Below, piece by piece: positions 26,901 to 41,900 of a stretch of 64,000 nt of DNA (its first letter is position 1; each line of letters starts with the position of its first letter). The position numbers and the translations under genes are program-made. The DNA is from Eledone cirrhosa. Its lineage: Eukaryota. Location of the stretch: the NCBI GenBank assembly GCA_964016885.1, contig CAXHJY010001298.1, forward strand, positions 29,263 through 93,262, read 5' to 3'. A model generated the notes under the pieces. That model was not told the origin of the DNA and searched no databases. It saw only the letters and a list, made by a program, of their open reading frames with translations.

Positions 26901-29900
26901 TCAAGACACTGCATCCTTTAAAACCTCCATGGAACACACTACCTGCATCAGTTGTTAGCTGTCAAGACACTGCATCCTTTAAAACCTCCATGGAACAAAC
27001 TACCTGCATCAGTTGTTAGCTGTCGAGACACTGCATCCTTTAAAACCTCCATGGATCACACTACCTGCATCAGTTGTTAGCTGTCGAGACCCTGCATCCT
27101 TCAATACCTCTACGGAACACACTACCTACATCAGTTGTTAGCTGTCAAGACACTGCATCCTTTAAAACCTCCATGGAACACAGTACCTGCATCAGTTGTT
27201 AGCTGTCGAGACACTGCATCCTTTAAAACCTCCATGGAACAAACTACCTGCATCAGTTGTTAGATGTCGGGACACTGCATCCTTTAAAACCTCCATGGAA
27301 CAAACTACCTGCATCAGTTGTTAGCTGTCAAGACACTGCATCCTTTCAAACCTCCATGGAACACACTACCTGCATCAGTTGTTAGCTGTCGAGACACTGC
27401 ATCCTTTCAAAGCTCCATGGAACACACTACCTGCATCAGTTGTTAGCTGTCAAGACACTGCATCCTTTAAAACCTCCATGGAACACACTACCTGCATCAG
27501 TTGTTAGCTGTCGAGACACTGCATCCTTTAAAACCTCTACGGAACACACTACCTGCATCAGTTGTTAGCTGTCAAGACACTGCATCCTTTAAAACCTCCA
27601 TAGAACACAGTACCTGCATCAGTTGTTAGCTGTCGTGACACTGCATCCTTTAAAACCTCCATGGAACAAACTACCTGCACCAGTTGTTAACTGTAGAGAC
27701 ACTGCATCCTTTAAAACCTCCATGGAAAAAACTACCTGCATCAGTTATTAGGTGTCGAGACACTGCATCCTTTGAAACCTCCTTGGAACACACTACCTGC
27801 ATCAGTTGTTAGCTGTCAAGACACTGCATCCTTTAAAACCTCCATGGAACACACTACCTGCATGAGTTGTTAGCTGTCAAGACACTGCATCCTTTAAAAC
27901 CTCCATGGAACACACTACCTGCATCAGTTGTTAGCTGTCGAGACACTGCATCCTTTAAAACCACCATGGAACACACTACCTGCATGAGTTGTTAGCTGTC
28001 AAGACACTGCATCCTTTAAAACCTCCATGGAACAAACTACCTGCATCAGTTGTTAGCTGTCGAGACACTGCATCCTTTAAAACCTCCATGGATTACACTA
28101 CCTGCATCAGTTGTTAGCTGTCGAGACACTGCATCCTTCAATACCTCTACGAAACACTCTACCTGCATCAGTTGTTAGCTGTCAAGACACTGCATCCTTT
28201 AAAACCTCCATGGAACACAGTACCTGCATCAGTTGTTAGCTGTCGAGACACTGCATCCTTTAAAACCTCCATGGAACAAACTACCTGCATCAGTTGTTAG
28301 ATGTCGGGACACTGCATCCTTTAAAACCTCCATGGAACAAACTACCTGCATCAGTTGTTAGCTGTCAAGACACTGCATTCTTTCAAACCTCCATGGAACA
28401 CACTACCTGCATCAGTTGTTAGCTGTCGAGACACTGCATCCTTTCAAAGCTCCATGGAACACACTACCTGCATCAGTTGTTAATTGTCAAGACACTGCAT
28501 CCTTTAAAACCTCCATGGAACACACTACCTGCATCAGTTGTTAGCTGTCGAGACACTGCATCCTTTAAAACCTCTACGGAACACACTACCTGCATCAGTT
28601 GTTAGCTGTCAAGACACTGCATCCTTTAAAACCTCCATGGAACACACTACCTGCATCAGTTGTTAGCTGTCGTGACACTGCATCCTTTAAAACCCCCATG
28701 GAACAAACTACCTGCATCAGTTGTTAACTGTAGAGACACTGCATCCTTTAAAACCTCCATGGAAAAAACTACCTGCATCAGTTATTAGGTGTCGAGACAC
28801 TGCATCCTTTAAAACCTCCTTGGAACACACTACCTGCATCAGTTGTTAGCTGTCAAGACACTGCATCCTTTAAAACCTCCATGGAACACACTACCTGCAT
28901 CAGTTGTTAGCTGTCGAGGCACTGCATCCTTTAAAACCACCATGGAACACACTACCTGCATGAGTTGTTAGCTGTCAAGACACTGCATCCTTTAAAACCT
29001 CTATGGAACACAGTACCTGCATCAGTTGTTAGCTGTCGAGACACTGCATCCTTTAAAACCTCCATGGAACACACTACCTGCATCAGTTGTTAGCTGTCGA
29101 GACACTGCATCCTTCAAAACCTCTACGGAACACACTACCTGCATCAGTTGTTAGCTGTCAAGACACTACATCCTTTAAAACCTCTATGGAACACAGTACC
29201 TGCATCAGTTGTTAGCTGTCGAGACACTGCATCCTTTAAAACCTCCATGGAACAAACTACCTGCATCAGTTGTTAGCTGTCAAGACACTGCATCCTTTAA
29301 AACCTCCATGGAACAAACTACCTGCATCAGTTGTTAGCTGTCGAGACACTGCATCCTTTAAAACCTCCATGGATCACACTACCTGCATCAGTTGTTAGCT
29401 GTCGAGACACTGCATCCTTCAATACCTCTACGGAACACACTACCTGCATCAGTTGTTAGCTGTCAAGACACTGCATCCTTTAAAACCTCCATGGAACACA
29501 GTACCTGCATCAGTTGTTAGCTGTCGAGACACTGCATCCTTTAAAACCTCCATGGAACAAACTACCTGCATCAGTTGTTAGCTGTCAAGACACTGCATCC
29601 TTTCAAACCTCCATGGAACACACTACCTGCATCAGTTGTTAGCTGTCGAGACACTGCATCCTTTCAAAGCTCCATGGAACACACTACCTGCATCAGTTGT
29701 TAGCTGTCAAGACACTGCATCCTTTAAAACTTCCATGGAACACACTACCTGCATCAGTTGTTAGCTGTCGAGACACTGCATCCTTTAAAACCTCTACGGA
29801 ACACACTACCTGCATCAGTTGCTAGCTGTCAAGACACTGCATCCTTTAAAACCTCCATAGAACACAGTACCTGCATCAGTTGTTAGCTGTCGTGACACTG

Positions 29901-32900
29901 CATCCTTTAAAACCTCCATGGAACAAACTACCTGCACCAGTTGTTAACTGTAGAGACACTGCATCCTTTAAAACCTCCATGGAAAAAACTACCTGCATCA
30001 GTTATTAGGTGTCGAGACACTGCATCCTTTAAAACCTCCTTGGAACACACTACCTGCATCAGTTGTTAGCTGTCAAGACACTGCATCCTTTAAAACCTCC
30101 ATGGAACACACTACCTGCATGAGTTGTTAGCTGTCAAGACACTGCATCCTTTAAAACCTCCATGGAACAAACTACCTGCATCAGTTGTTAGCTGTCGAGA
30201 CACTGCATCCTTTAAAACCTCCATGGAACACACTACCTGCATCAGTTGTTAGCTGATAAGACACTCCATCCTGTAAAATCTCCATGGAACACACTACCTG
30301 CATCAGTTGTTAGCTGTCAAGACACTGCATCCTTTAAAACCTCCATGGAACACACTACCTGCATCAGTTGTTAGCTGTCGAGACACTGCATCCTTCAAAA
30401 CCTCTACGGAACACACTACCTGCATCAGTTGTTAGCTGTCAAGACACTGCATCCTTTAAAACCTCTATGGAACACAGTACCTGCATCAGTTGTTAGCTGT
30501 CGAGACACTGCATCCTTTAAAACCTCCATGGAACAAACTACCTGCATCAGTTGTTAGCTGTCAAGACACTGCATCCTTTCAAACCTCCATGGAACACACT
30601 ACCTGCATCAGTTGTTAGCTGTCGAGACACTGCATCCTTTCAAAGCTCCATGGAACACACTACCTGCATCAGTTGTTAGCTGTCAAGACACTGCATCCTT
30701 TAAAACCTCCATGGAACACACTACCTGCATCAGTTGTTAGCTGTCGAGACACTGCATCCTTTAAAACCTCCATGGAACACAGTACCTGCATCAGTTGTTA
30801 GCTGTCGTGACACTGCATCCTTTAAAACCTCTATGGAACACAGTACCTGCATCAGTTGTTAGCTGTCGAGACACTGCATCCTTTAAAACCTCCATGGAAC
30901 AAACTACCTGCATCAGTTGTTAGATGTCGGGACACTGCATCCTTTAAAACCTCCATGGAACAAACTACCTGCATCAGTTGTTAGCTGTCAAGACACTGCA
31001 TCCTTTCAAACCTCCATGGAACACACTACCTGCATCAGTTGTTAGCTGTCGAGACACTGCATCCTTTCAAAGCTCCATGGAACACACTACCTGCATCAGT
31101 TGTTAGCTGTCAAGACACTGCATCCTTTAAAACCTCCATGGAACACACTACCTGCATCAGTTGTTAGCTGTCGAGACACTGCATCCTTTAAAACCTCTAC
31201 GGAACACGCTACCTGCATCAGTTGTTAGCTGTCAAGACACTGCATCCTTTAAAACCTCCATGGAACACAGTACCTGCATCAGTTGTTAGCTGTCGTGACA
31301 CTGCATCCTTTAAAACCTCCATGGAACAAACTACCTGCATCAGTTGTTAACTGTAGAGACACTGCATCCTTTAAAACCTCCATGGAAAAAACTACCTGCA
31401 TCAGTTATTAGGTGTCGAGACACTGCATCCTTTAAAACCTCCTTGGAACACACTACCTGCATCAGTTGTTAGCTGTCAAGACACTGCATCCTTTAAAACC
31501 ACCATGGAACACACTACCTGCATCAGTTGTTAGCTGTCGAGGCACTGCATCCCTTAAAACCACCATGGAACACACTACCTGCATGAGTTGTTAGCTGTCA
31601 AGACACTGCATCCTTTAAAACCTCCATGGAACAAACTACCTGCATCAGTTGTTAGCTGTCGAGACACTGCATCCTTTAAAACCTCCATGGAACACACTAC
31701 CTGCATCAGTTGTTAACTGATAAGACACTCCATCCTTTAAAACCTCCATGGAACACACTACCTGCATCAGTTGTTAGCTGTCAAGACACTGCATCCTTTA
31801 AAACCTCCATGGAACACACTACCTGCATCAGTTGTTAGCTGTCGAGACACTGCATCCTTCAAAACCTCTACGGAACACACTACCTGCATGAGTTGTTAGC
31901 TGTCAAGACACTGCATCCTTTAAAACCTCTATGGAACACAGTACCTGCATCAGTTGTTAGCTGTCGAGACACTGCATCCTTTAAAACCTCCATGGAACAA
32001 ACTACCTGCATCAGTTGTTAGCTGTCGAGACACTGCATCCTTTAAAACCACCATGGAACACACTACCTGCATGAGTTGTTAGCTGTCAAGACACTGCATC
32101 CTTTAAAACCTCCATGGAACACAGTACCTGCATCAGTTGTTAGCTGCCGAGACACTGCATCCTTTAAAACCTCCATGGAACAAACTACCTGCATCAGTTG
32201 TTAGATGTCGGGACACTGCATCCTTTAAAACCTCCATGGAACAAACTACCTGCATCAGTTGTTAGCTGTCAAGACACTGCATCCTTTCAAACCTCCATGG
32301 AACACACTACCTGCATCAGTTGTTAGCTGTCAAGACACTGCATCCTTTAAAACCTCCATGGAACAAACTACCTGCATCAGTTGTTAGCTGTCGAGACACT
32401 GCATCCTTTAAAATCTCCATGGATCACACTACCTGTATCAGTTGTTAGCTGTCGAGACACTGCATCCTTCAATACCTCTACGGAACACACTACCTGCATC
32501 AGTTGTTAGCTGTCAAGACACTGCATCCTTTAAAACCTCCATGGAACACAGTACCTGCATCAGTTGTTAGCTGTCGAGACACTGCATCCTTTAAAACCTC
32601 CATGGAACAAACTACCTGCATCAGTTATTAGGTGTCGAGACACTGCATCCTTTAAAACCTCCTTGGAACACACTACCTGCATCAGTTGTTAGCTGTCGAG
32701 ACACTGCATCCTTTATAACCACCATGGAACACACTACCTGCATGAGTTGTTAGCTGTCACGACACTGCATCCTTTAAAACCTCCATGGAACAAAATACCT
32801 GCATCAGTTGTTAGCTGTCGAGACACTGCATCCTTTAAAACCTCCATGGATCACACTACCTGTATCAGTTGTTAGCTGTCGAGACACTGCATCCTTCAAT

Positions 32901-35900
32901 ACCTCTACGGAACACACTACCTGCATCAGTTGTTAGCTGTCAAGACACTGCATCCTTTAAAACCTCCATGGAACACAGTACCTGCATCAGTTGTTAGCTG
33001 TCGAGACACTGCATCCTTTAAAACCTCCATGGAACAAACTACCTGCATCAGTTGTTAGATGTCGGGACACTGCATCCTTTAAAACCTCCATGGAACAAAC
33101 TACCTGCATCAGTTGTTAGCTGTCAAGACACTGCATCCTTTCAAACCTCCATGGAACACACTACATGCATCAGTTGTTAGCTGTCGAGACACTGCATCCT
33201 TTCAAAGCTCCATGGAACACACTACCTGCATCAGTTGTTAGCTGTCAAGACACTGCATCCTTTAAAACCTCCATGGAACAAACTACCTGCATCAGTTGTT
33301 AGCTGTCGAGACACTGCATCCTTTAAAACCTCCATGGATTACACTACCTGCATCAGTTGTTAGCTGTCGAGACACTGCATCCTTCAATACCTCTACGGAA
33401 CAAACTACCTGCATCAGTTGTTAGCTGTCAAGACACTGCATCCTTTAAAACCTCCATGGAACACACTACCTGCATCAGTTGTTAGCTGTCGAGACACTGC
33501 ATCCTTTAAAACCACCATGGAACACACTACCTGCATGAGTTGTTAGCTGTCAAGACACTGCATCCTTTAAAACCTCCATGGAACACACTACCTGCATCAG
33601 TTGTTAGCTGTCGAGACACTGCATCCTTTAAAACCTCCATGGATTACACTAACTGCATCAGTTGTTAGCTGTCGAGACACTGCATCCTTCAATACCTCTA
33701 CGGAACAAACTACCTGCATCAGTTGTTAGCTGTCAAGACACTGCATCCTTTAAAACCTCCATGGAACACACTACCTGCATCAGTTGTTAGCTGTCGAGAC
33801 ACTGCATCCTTTAAAACCACCATGGAACACACTACCTGCATGAGTTGTTAGCTGTCAAGACACTGCATCCTTTAAAACCTCCATGGAACAAACTACCTGC
33901 ATCAGTTGTTAGCTGTCGAGACACTGCATCCTTTAAAACCTCCATGGATTACACTAACTGCATCAGTTGTTAGCTGTCGAGACACTGCATCCTTCAATAC
34001 CTCTACGGAACAAATTACCTGCATCAGTTGTTAGCTGTCAAGACACTGCATCCTTTAAAACCTCCATGGAACACACTACCTGCATCAGTTGTTAGCTGTC
34101 GAGGCACTGCATCCTTTAAAACCACCATGGAACACACTACCTGCATGAGTTGTTAGCTGTCAAGACACTGCATCCTTTAAAACCTCCATGGAACACACTA
34201 CCTGCATCAGTTGTTAGCTGTCGAGACACTGCATCCTTTAAAACCTCCATGGAACACACTACCTGCATCACTTGTTAGCTGATAAGACACTCCATCCTTT
34301 AAAACCTCCATGGAACACACTACCTGCATCAGTTGTTAGCTGTCAAGACACTGCATCCTTTAAAACCTCCATGGAACACACTACCTGCATCAGTTGTTAG
34401 CTGTCGAGACACTGCATCCTTCAAAACCTCTACGGAACACACTACCTGCATCAGTTGTTAGCTGTCAAGACACTGCATCCTTTAAAACCTCTATGGAACA
34501 CAGTACCTGCATCAGTTGTTAGCTGTCGAGACACTGCATCCTTTAAAACCTCCATGGAACAAACTACCTGCATCAGTTGTTAGCTGTCGAGACACTGCAT
34601 CCTTTAAAACCACCATGGAACACACTACCTGCATGAGTTGTTAGCTGTCAAGACACTGCATCCTTTAAAACCTCCATGGAACAAACTACCTGCATCAGTT
34701 GTTAGCTGTCGAGACACTGCATCCTTTAAAACCTCCATGGATCACACTAACTGCATCAGTTGTTAGCTGTCGAGACACTGCATCCTTCAATACCTCTACG
34801 GAACACACTACCTGCATCAGTTGTTAGCTGTCAAGACACTGCATCCTTTAAAACCTCCATGGAACACACTACCTGCATCAGTTGTTAGCTGTCAAGACAC
34901 TGCATCCTTTAAAACCTCCATGGAACAAACTACCTGCATCAGTTGTTAGCTGTCGAGACACTGCATCCTTTAAAACCTCCATGGATCACACTACCTGCAT
35001 CAGTTGTTAGCTGTCGAGACCCTGCATCCTTCAATACCTCTACGGAACACACTACCTACATCAGTTGTTAGCTGTCAAGACACTGCATCCTTTAAAACCT
35101 CCATGGAACACAGTACCTGCATCAGTTGTTAGCTGTCGAGACACTGCATCCTTTAAAACCTCCATGGAACAAACTACCTGCATCAGTTGTTAGATGTCGG
35201 GACACTGCATCCTTTAAAACCTCCATGGAACAAACTACCTGCATCAGTTGTTAGCTGTCAAGACACTGCATCCTTTCAAACCTCCATGGAACACACTACC
35301 TGCATCAGTTGTTAGCTGTCGAGACACTGCATCCTTTCAAAGCTCCATGGAACACACTACCTGCATCAGTTGTTAGCTGTCAAGACACTGCATCCTTTAA
35401 AACCTCCATGGAACACACTACCTGCATCAGTTGTTAGCTGTCGAGACACTGCATCCTTTAAAACCTCTACGGAACACACTACCTGCATCAGTTGTTAGCT
35501 GTCAAGACACTGCATCCTTTAAAACCTCCATAGAACACAGTACCTGCATCAGTTGTTAGCTGTCGTGACACTGCATCCTTTAAAACCTCCATGGAACAAA
35601 CTACCTGCACCAGTTGTTAACTGTAGAGACACTGCATCCTTTAAAACCTCCATGGAAAAAACTACCTGCATCAGTTATTAGGTGTCGAGACACTGCATCC
35701 TTTGAAACCTCCTTGGAACACACTACCTGCATCAGTTGTTAGCTGTCAAGACACTGCATCCTTTAAAACCTCCATGGAACACACTACCTGCATGAGTTGT
35801 TAGCTGTCAAGACACTGCATCCTTTAAAACCTCCATGGAACACACTACCTGCATCAGTTGTTAGCTGTCGAGACACTGCATCCTTTAAAACCACCATGGA

Positions 35901-38900
35901 ACACACTACCTGCATGAGTTGTTAGCTGTCAAGACACTGCATCCTTTAAAACCTCCATGGAACAAACTACCTGCATCAGTTGTTAGCTGTCGAGACACTG
36001 CATCCTTTAAAACCTCCATGGATTACACTACCTGCATCAGTTGTTAGCTGTCGAGACACTGCATCCTTCAATACCTCTACGAAACACTCTACCTGCATCA
36101 GTTGTTAGCTGTCAAGACACTGCATCCTTTAAAACCTCCATGGAACACAGTACCTGCATCAGTTGTTAGCTGTCGAGACACTGCATCCTTTAAAACCTCC
36201 ATGGAACAAACTACCTGCATCAGTTGTTAGATGTCGGGACACTGCATCCTTTAAAACCTCCATGGAACAAACTACCTGCATCAGTTGTTAGCTGTCAAGA
36301 CACTGCATTCTTTCAAACCTCCATGGAACACACTACCTGCATCAGTTGTTAGCTGTCGAGACACTGCATCCTTTCAAAGCTCCATGGAACACACTACCTG
36401 CATCAGTTGTTAATTGTCAAGACACTGCATCCTTTAAAACCTCCATGGAACACACTACCTGCATCAGTTGTTAGCTGTCGAGACACTGCATCCTTTAAAA
36501 CCTCTACGGAACACACTACCTGCATCAGTTGTTAGCTGTCAAGACACTGCATCCTTTAAAACCTCCATGGAACACACTACCTGCATCAGTTGTTAGCTGT
36601 CGTGACACTGCATCCTTTAAAACCCCCATGGAACAAACTACCTGCATCAGTTGTTAACTGTAGAGACACTGCATCCTTTAAAACCTCCATGGAAAAAACT
36701 ACCTGCATCAGTTATTAGGTGTCGAGACACTGCATCCTTTAAAACCTCCTTGGAACACACTACCTGCATCAGTTGTTAGCTGTCAAGACACTGCATCCTT
36801 TAAAACCTCCATGGAACACACTACCTGCATCAGTTGTTAGCTGTCGAGGCACTGCATCCTTTAAAACCACCATGGAACACACTACCTGCATGAGTTGTTA
36901 GCTGTCAAGACACTGCATCCTTTAAAACCTCTATGGAACACAGTACCTGCATCAGTTGTTAGCTGTCGAGACACTGCATCCTTTAAAACCTCCATGGAAC
37001 ACACTACCTGCATCAGTTGTTAGCTGTCGAGACACTGCATCCTTCAAAACCTCTACGGAACACACTACCTGCATCAGTTGTTAGCTGTCAAGACACTACA
37101 TCCTTTAAAACCTCTATGGAACACAGTACCTGCATCAGTTGTTAGCTGTCGAGACACTGCATCCTTTAAAACCTCCATGGAACAAACTACCTGCATCAGT
37201 TGTTAGCTGTCAAGACACTGCATCCTTTAAAACCTCCATGGAACAAACTACCTGCATCAGTTGTTAGCTGTCGAGACACTGCATCCTTTAAAACCTCCAT
37301 GGATCACACTACCTGCATCAGTTGTTAGCTGTCGAGACACTGCATCCTTCAATACCTCTACGGAACACACTACCTGCATCAGTTGTTAGCTGTCAAGACA
37401 CTGCATCCTTTAAAACCTCCATGGAACACAGTACCTGCATCAGTTGTTAGCTGTCGAGACACTGCATCCTTTAAAACCTCCATGGAACAAACTACCTGCA
37501 TCAGTTGTTAGCTGTCAAGACACTGCATCCTTTCAAACCTCCATGGAACACACTACCTGCATCAGTTGTTAGCTGTCGAGACACTGCATCCTTTCAAAGC
37601 TCCATGGAACACACTACCTGCATCAGTTGTTAGCTGTCAAGACACTGCATCCTTTAAAACTTCCATGGAACACACTACCTGCATCAGTTGTTAGCTGTCG
37701 AGACACTGCATCCTTTAAAACCTCTACGGAACACACTACCTGCATCAGTTGCTAGCTGTCAAGACACTGCATCCTTTAAAACCTCCATAGAACACAGTAC
37801 CTGCATCAGTTGTTAGCTGTCGTGACACTGCATCCTTTAAAACCTCCATGGAACAAACTACCTGCACCAGTTGTTAACTGTAGAGACACTGCATCCTTTA
37901 AAACCTCCATGGAAAAAACTACCTGCATCAGTTATTAGGTGTCGAGACACTGCATCCTTTAAAACCTCCTTGGAACACACTACCTGCATCAGTTGTTAGC
38001 TGTCAAGACACTGCATCCTTTAAAACCTCCATGGAACACACTACCTGCATGAGTTGTTAGCTGTCAAGACACTGCATCCTTTAAAACCTCCATGGAACAA
38101 ACTACCTGCATCAGTTGTTAGCTGTCGAGACACTGCATCCTTTAAAACCTCCATGGAACACACTACCTGCATCAGTTGTTAGCTGATAAGACACTCCATC
38201 CTGTAAAATCTCCATGGAACACACTACCTGCATCAGTTGTTAGCTGTCAAGACACTGCATCCTTTAAAACCTCCATGGAACACACTACCTGCATCAGTTG
38301 TTAGCTGTCGAGACACTGCATCCTTCAAAACCTCTACGGAACACACTACCTGCATCAGTTGTTAGCTGTCAAGACACTGCATCCTTTAAAACCTCTATGG
38401 AACACAGTACCTGCATCAGTTGTTAGCTGTCGAGACACTGCATCCTTTAAAACCTCCATGGAACAAACTACCTGCATCAGTTGTTAGCTGTCAAGACACT
38501 GCATCCTTTCAAACCTCCATGGAACACACTACCTGCATCAGTTGTTAGCTGTCGAGACACTGCATCCTTTCAAAGCTCCATGGAACACACTACCTGCATC
38601 AGTTGTTAGCTGTCAAGACACTGCATCCTTTAAAACCTCCATGGAACACACTACCTGCATCAGTTGTTAGCTGTCGAGACACTGCATCCTTTAAAACCTC
38701 CATGGAACACAGTACCTGCATCAGTTGTTAGCTGTCGTGACACTGCATCCTTTAAAACCTCCATGGAACAAACTACCTGCACCAGTTGTTAACTGTAGAG
38801 ACACTGCATCCTTTAAAACCTCCGTGGAAAAAACTACCTGCATCAGTTATTAGGTGTCGAGACACTGCATCCTTTAAAACCTCCTTGGAACACACTACCT

Positions 38901-41900
38901 GCATCAGTTGTTAGCTGTCAAGACACTGCATCCTTTAAAACCTCCATGGAACACACTACCTGCATGAGTTGTTAGCTGTCAAGACACTGCATCCTTTAAA
39001 ACCTCCATGGAACAAACTACCTGCATCAGTTGTTAGCTGTCGAGACACTGCATCCTTTAAAACCTCCATGGAACACACTACCTGCATCAGTTGTTAGCTG
39101 ATAAGACACTCCATCCTGTAAAACCTCCATGGAACACACTACCTGCATCAGTTGTTAGCTGTCAAGACACTGCATCCTTTAAAACCTCCATGGAACACAC
39201 TACCTGCATCAGTTGTTAGCTGTCGAGACACTGCATCCTTCAAAACCTCTACGGAACACACTACCTGCATCAGTTGTTAGCTGTCAAGACACTGCATCCT
39301 TTAAAACCTCTATGGAACACAGTACCTGCATCAGTTGTTAGCTGTCGAGACACTGCATCCTTTAAAACCTCCATGGAACAAACTACCTGCATCAGTTGTT
39401 AGCTGTCGAGACACTGCATCCTTTAAAACCACCATGGAACACACTACCTGCATGAGTTGTTAGCTGTCAAGACACTGCATCCTTTAAAACCTCCATGGAA
39501 CAAACTACCTGCATCAGTTGTTAGCTGTCGAGATACTGCATCCTTTAAAACCTCCATGGATCACACTACCTGCATCAGTTGTTAGCTGTCGAGACACTGC
39601 ATCCTTCAAAACCTCTACGGAACACACTACCTGCATCAGTTGTTAGCTGTCAAGACACTGCATCCTTTAAAACCTCCATGGAAAACAGTACCTGCATCAG
39701 TTGTTAGCTGTCGAGACACTGCATCCTTTAAAACCTCCATGGAACAAACTACCTGCATCAGTTGTTAGATGTCGGGACACTGCATCCTTTAAAACCTCCA
39801 TGGAACAAACTACCTGCATCAGTTGTTAGCTGTCAAGACACTGCATCCTTAAAAACCTCCATGGAACACACTACCTGCATTAGTTGTTAGCTGTCGAGAC
39901 ACTGCATCCTTTAAAACCTCTACGGAACACACTACCTGCATCAGTTGTTAGCTGTCAAGACACTGCATCCTTTCAAACCTCCATGGAACACAGTACCTGC
40001 ATCAGTTGTTAGCTGTCGGGACACTGCATCCTTTAAAACTTCCATGGAACAAACTACCTGCATCAGTTGTTAGCTGTCAAGACACTGCATCCTTTAAAAC
40101 CTCCATGGAACACAGTACCTGCATCAGTTGTTAGCTGTCGAGACACTGCATCCTTTAAAACCTCCATGGAACAAACTACCTGCATCAGTTGTTAGCTGTC
40201 GAGACACTGCATCCTTTAAAACCTCCATGGAACACACTACCTGCATCAGTTGTTAACTGTAGAGACACTGCATCCTTTAAAACCTCTACGGAACACACTA
40301 CCTGCATCAGTTGTTAGCTGTCAAGACACTGCATCCTTTAAAACCTCCATGGAACACACTACCTGCATCAGTTGTTAACTGTCAAGACACTGCATCCTTT
40401 AAAACCTCCATGGAACACAGTACCTGCATCAGTTGTTAGCTGTCGAGACACTGCATCCTTTCAAAGCTCGATGGAACACACTACCTGCATCAGTTGTTAG
40501 CTGTCGAGACACTGCATCCTTTAAAACCACCATGGAACACACTACCTGCATCAGTTGTTAGCTGTCAAGACACTGCATCCTTTAAAACCTCCATGGAACA
40601 AACTACCTGCATCAGTTGTTAGCTGTCGAGACACTGCATCCTTTAAAACCTCCATGGAACACACTACCTGCATCAGTTGTTAGCTGATAAGACACTCCAT
40701 TCTTTAAAACCCCCATGGAATACACTACCTGCATCAGTTGTTAGCTGTCAAGACACTGCATCCTTTAAAACCTCCATGGAACACAGTACCTGCATCAGTT
40801 GTTAGCTGTCGAGACACTGCATCCTTTAAAACCTCCATGGAACAAACTACCTGCATCAGTTGTTAGCTGTCGAGACACTGCATCCTTTAAAACCTCCATG
40901 GAACACACTACCTGCATCAGTTGTTAGCTGTCGAGACACTGCATCCTTTAAAACCTCCATGGAACACAGTACCTGCATCAGTTGTTAGCTGTCGAGACAC
41001 TGCATCCTTTAAAACCTCCATGGAACAAACTACCTGCATCAGTTGTTAGCTGTCGAGACACTGCATCCTTTAAAACCTCCATGGAACACACTACCTGCAT
41101 CAGTTGTTAACTGTAGAGACACTGCATCCTTTAAAACCTCTACGGAACACACTACCTGCATCAGTTGTTAGCTGTCAAGACACTGCATCCTTTAAAACCT
41201 CCATGGAACACACTACCTGCATCAGTTGTTAGCTGTCAAGACACTGCATCCTTTAAAACCTCCATGGAACACAGTACCTGCATCAGTTGTTAGCTGTCGG
41301 GACACTGCATCATTTAAAACCTCCATGGAACAAACTACCTGCATCAGTTGTTAGCTGTCAAAACACTGCATCCTTTCAAACCTCCATGGAACACACTACC
41401 TGCATCAGTTATTAGCTGTCGAGACACTGCATCCTTTCAAAGCTCTATGGAACACACTACCTGCATCAGTTGTTAGCTGGCGAGACACTGCATCCTTTAA
41501 AACCTCTACGGAACACACTACCTGCATCAGTTGTTAGCTGTCAAGAAACTGCATCCTTTAAAACCTCCATGGAACACAGTACCTGCATCAGTTGTTAGCT
41601 GTCGAGACAATGCATCCTTTAAAACCTCCATGGAACAAACTACCTGCATCAGTTGTTAGCTGTCGAGACACTGCATCCTTTAAAACCTCCATCGAACACA
41701 CTACCTGCATCAGTTGTTAACTGTAGAGACACTGCATCCTTTAAAACCTCCATGGAAAAAACTACCTGCATCAGTTATTAGGTGTCGATACACTGCATGC
41801 TTTAAAACCTCCTTGGAACACACTACCTGCATCAGTTGTTAGCTGTCAAGACACTGCATCCTTTAAAACCTCCATGGAACACACTACCTGCATCAGTTGT

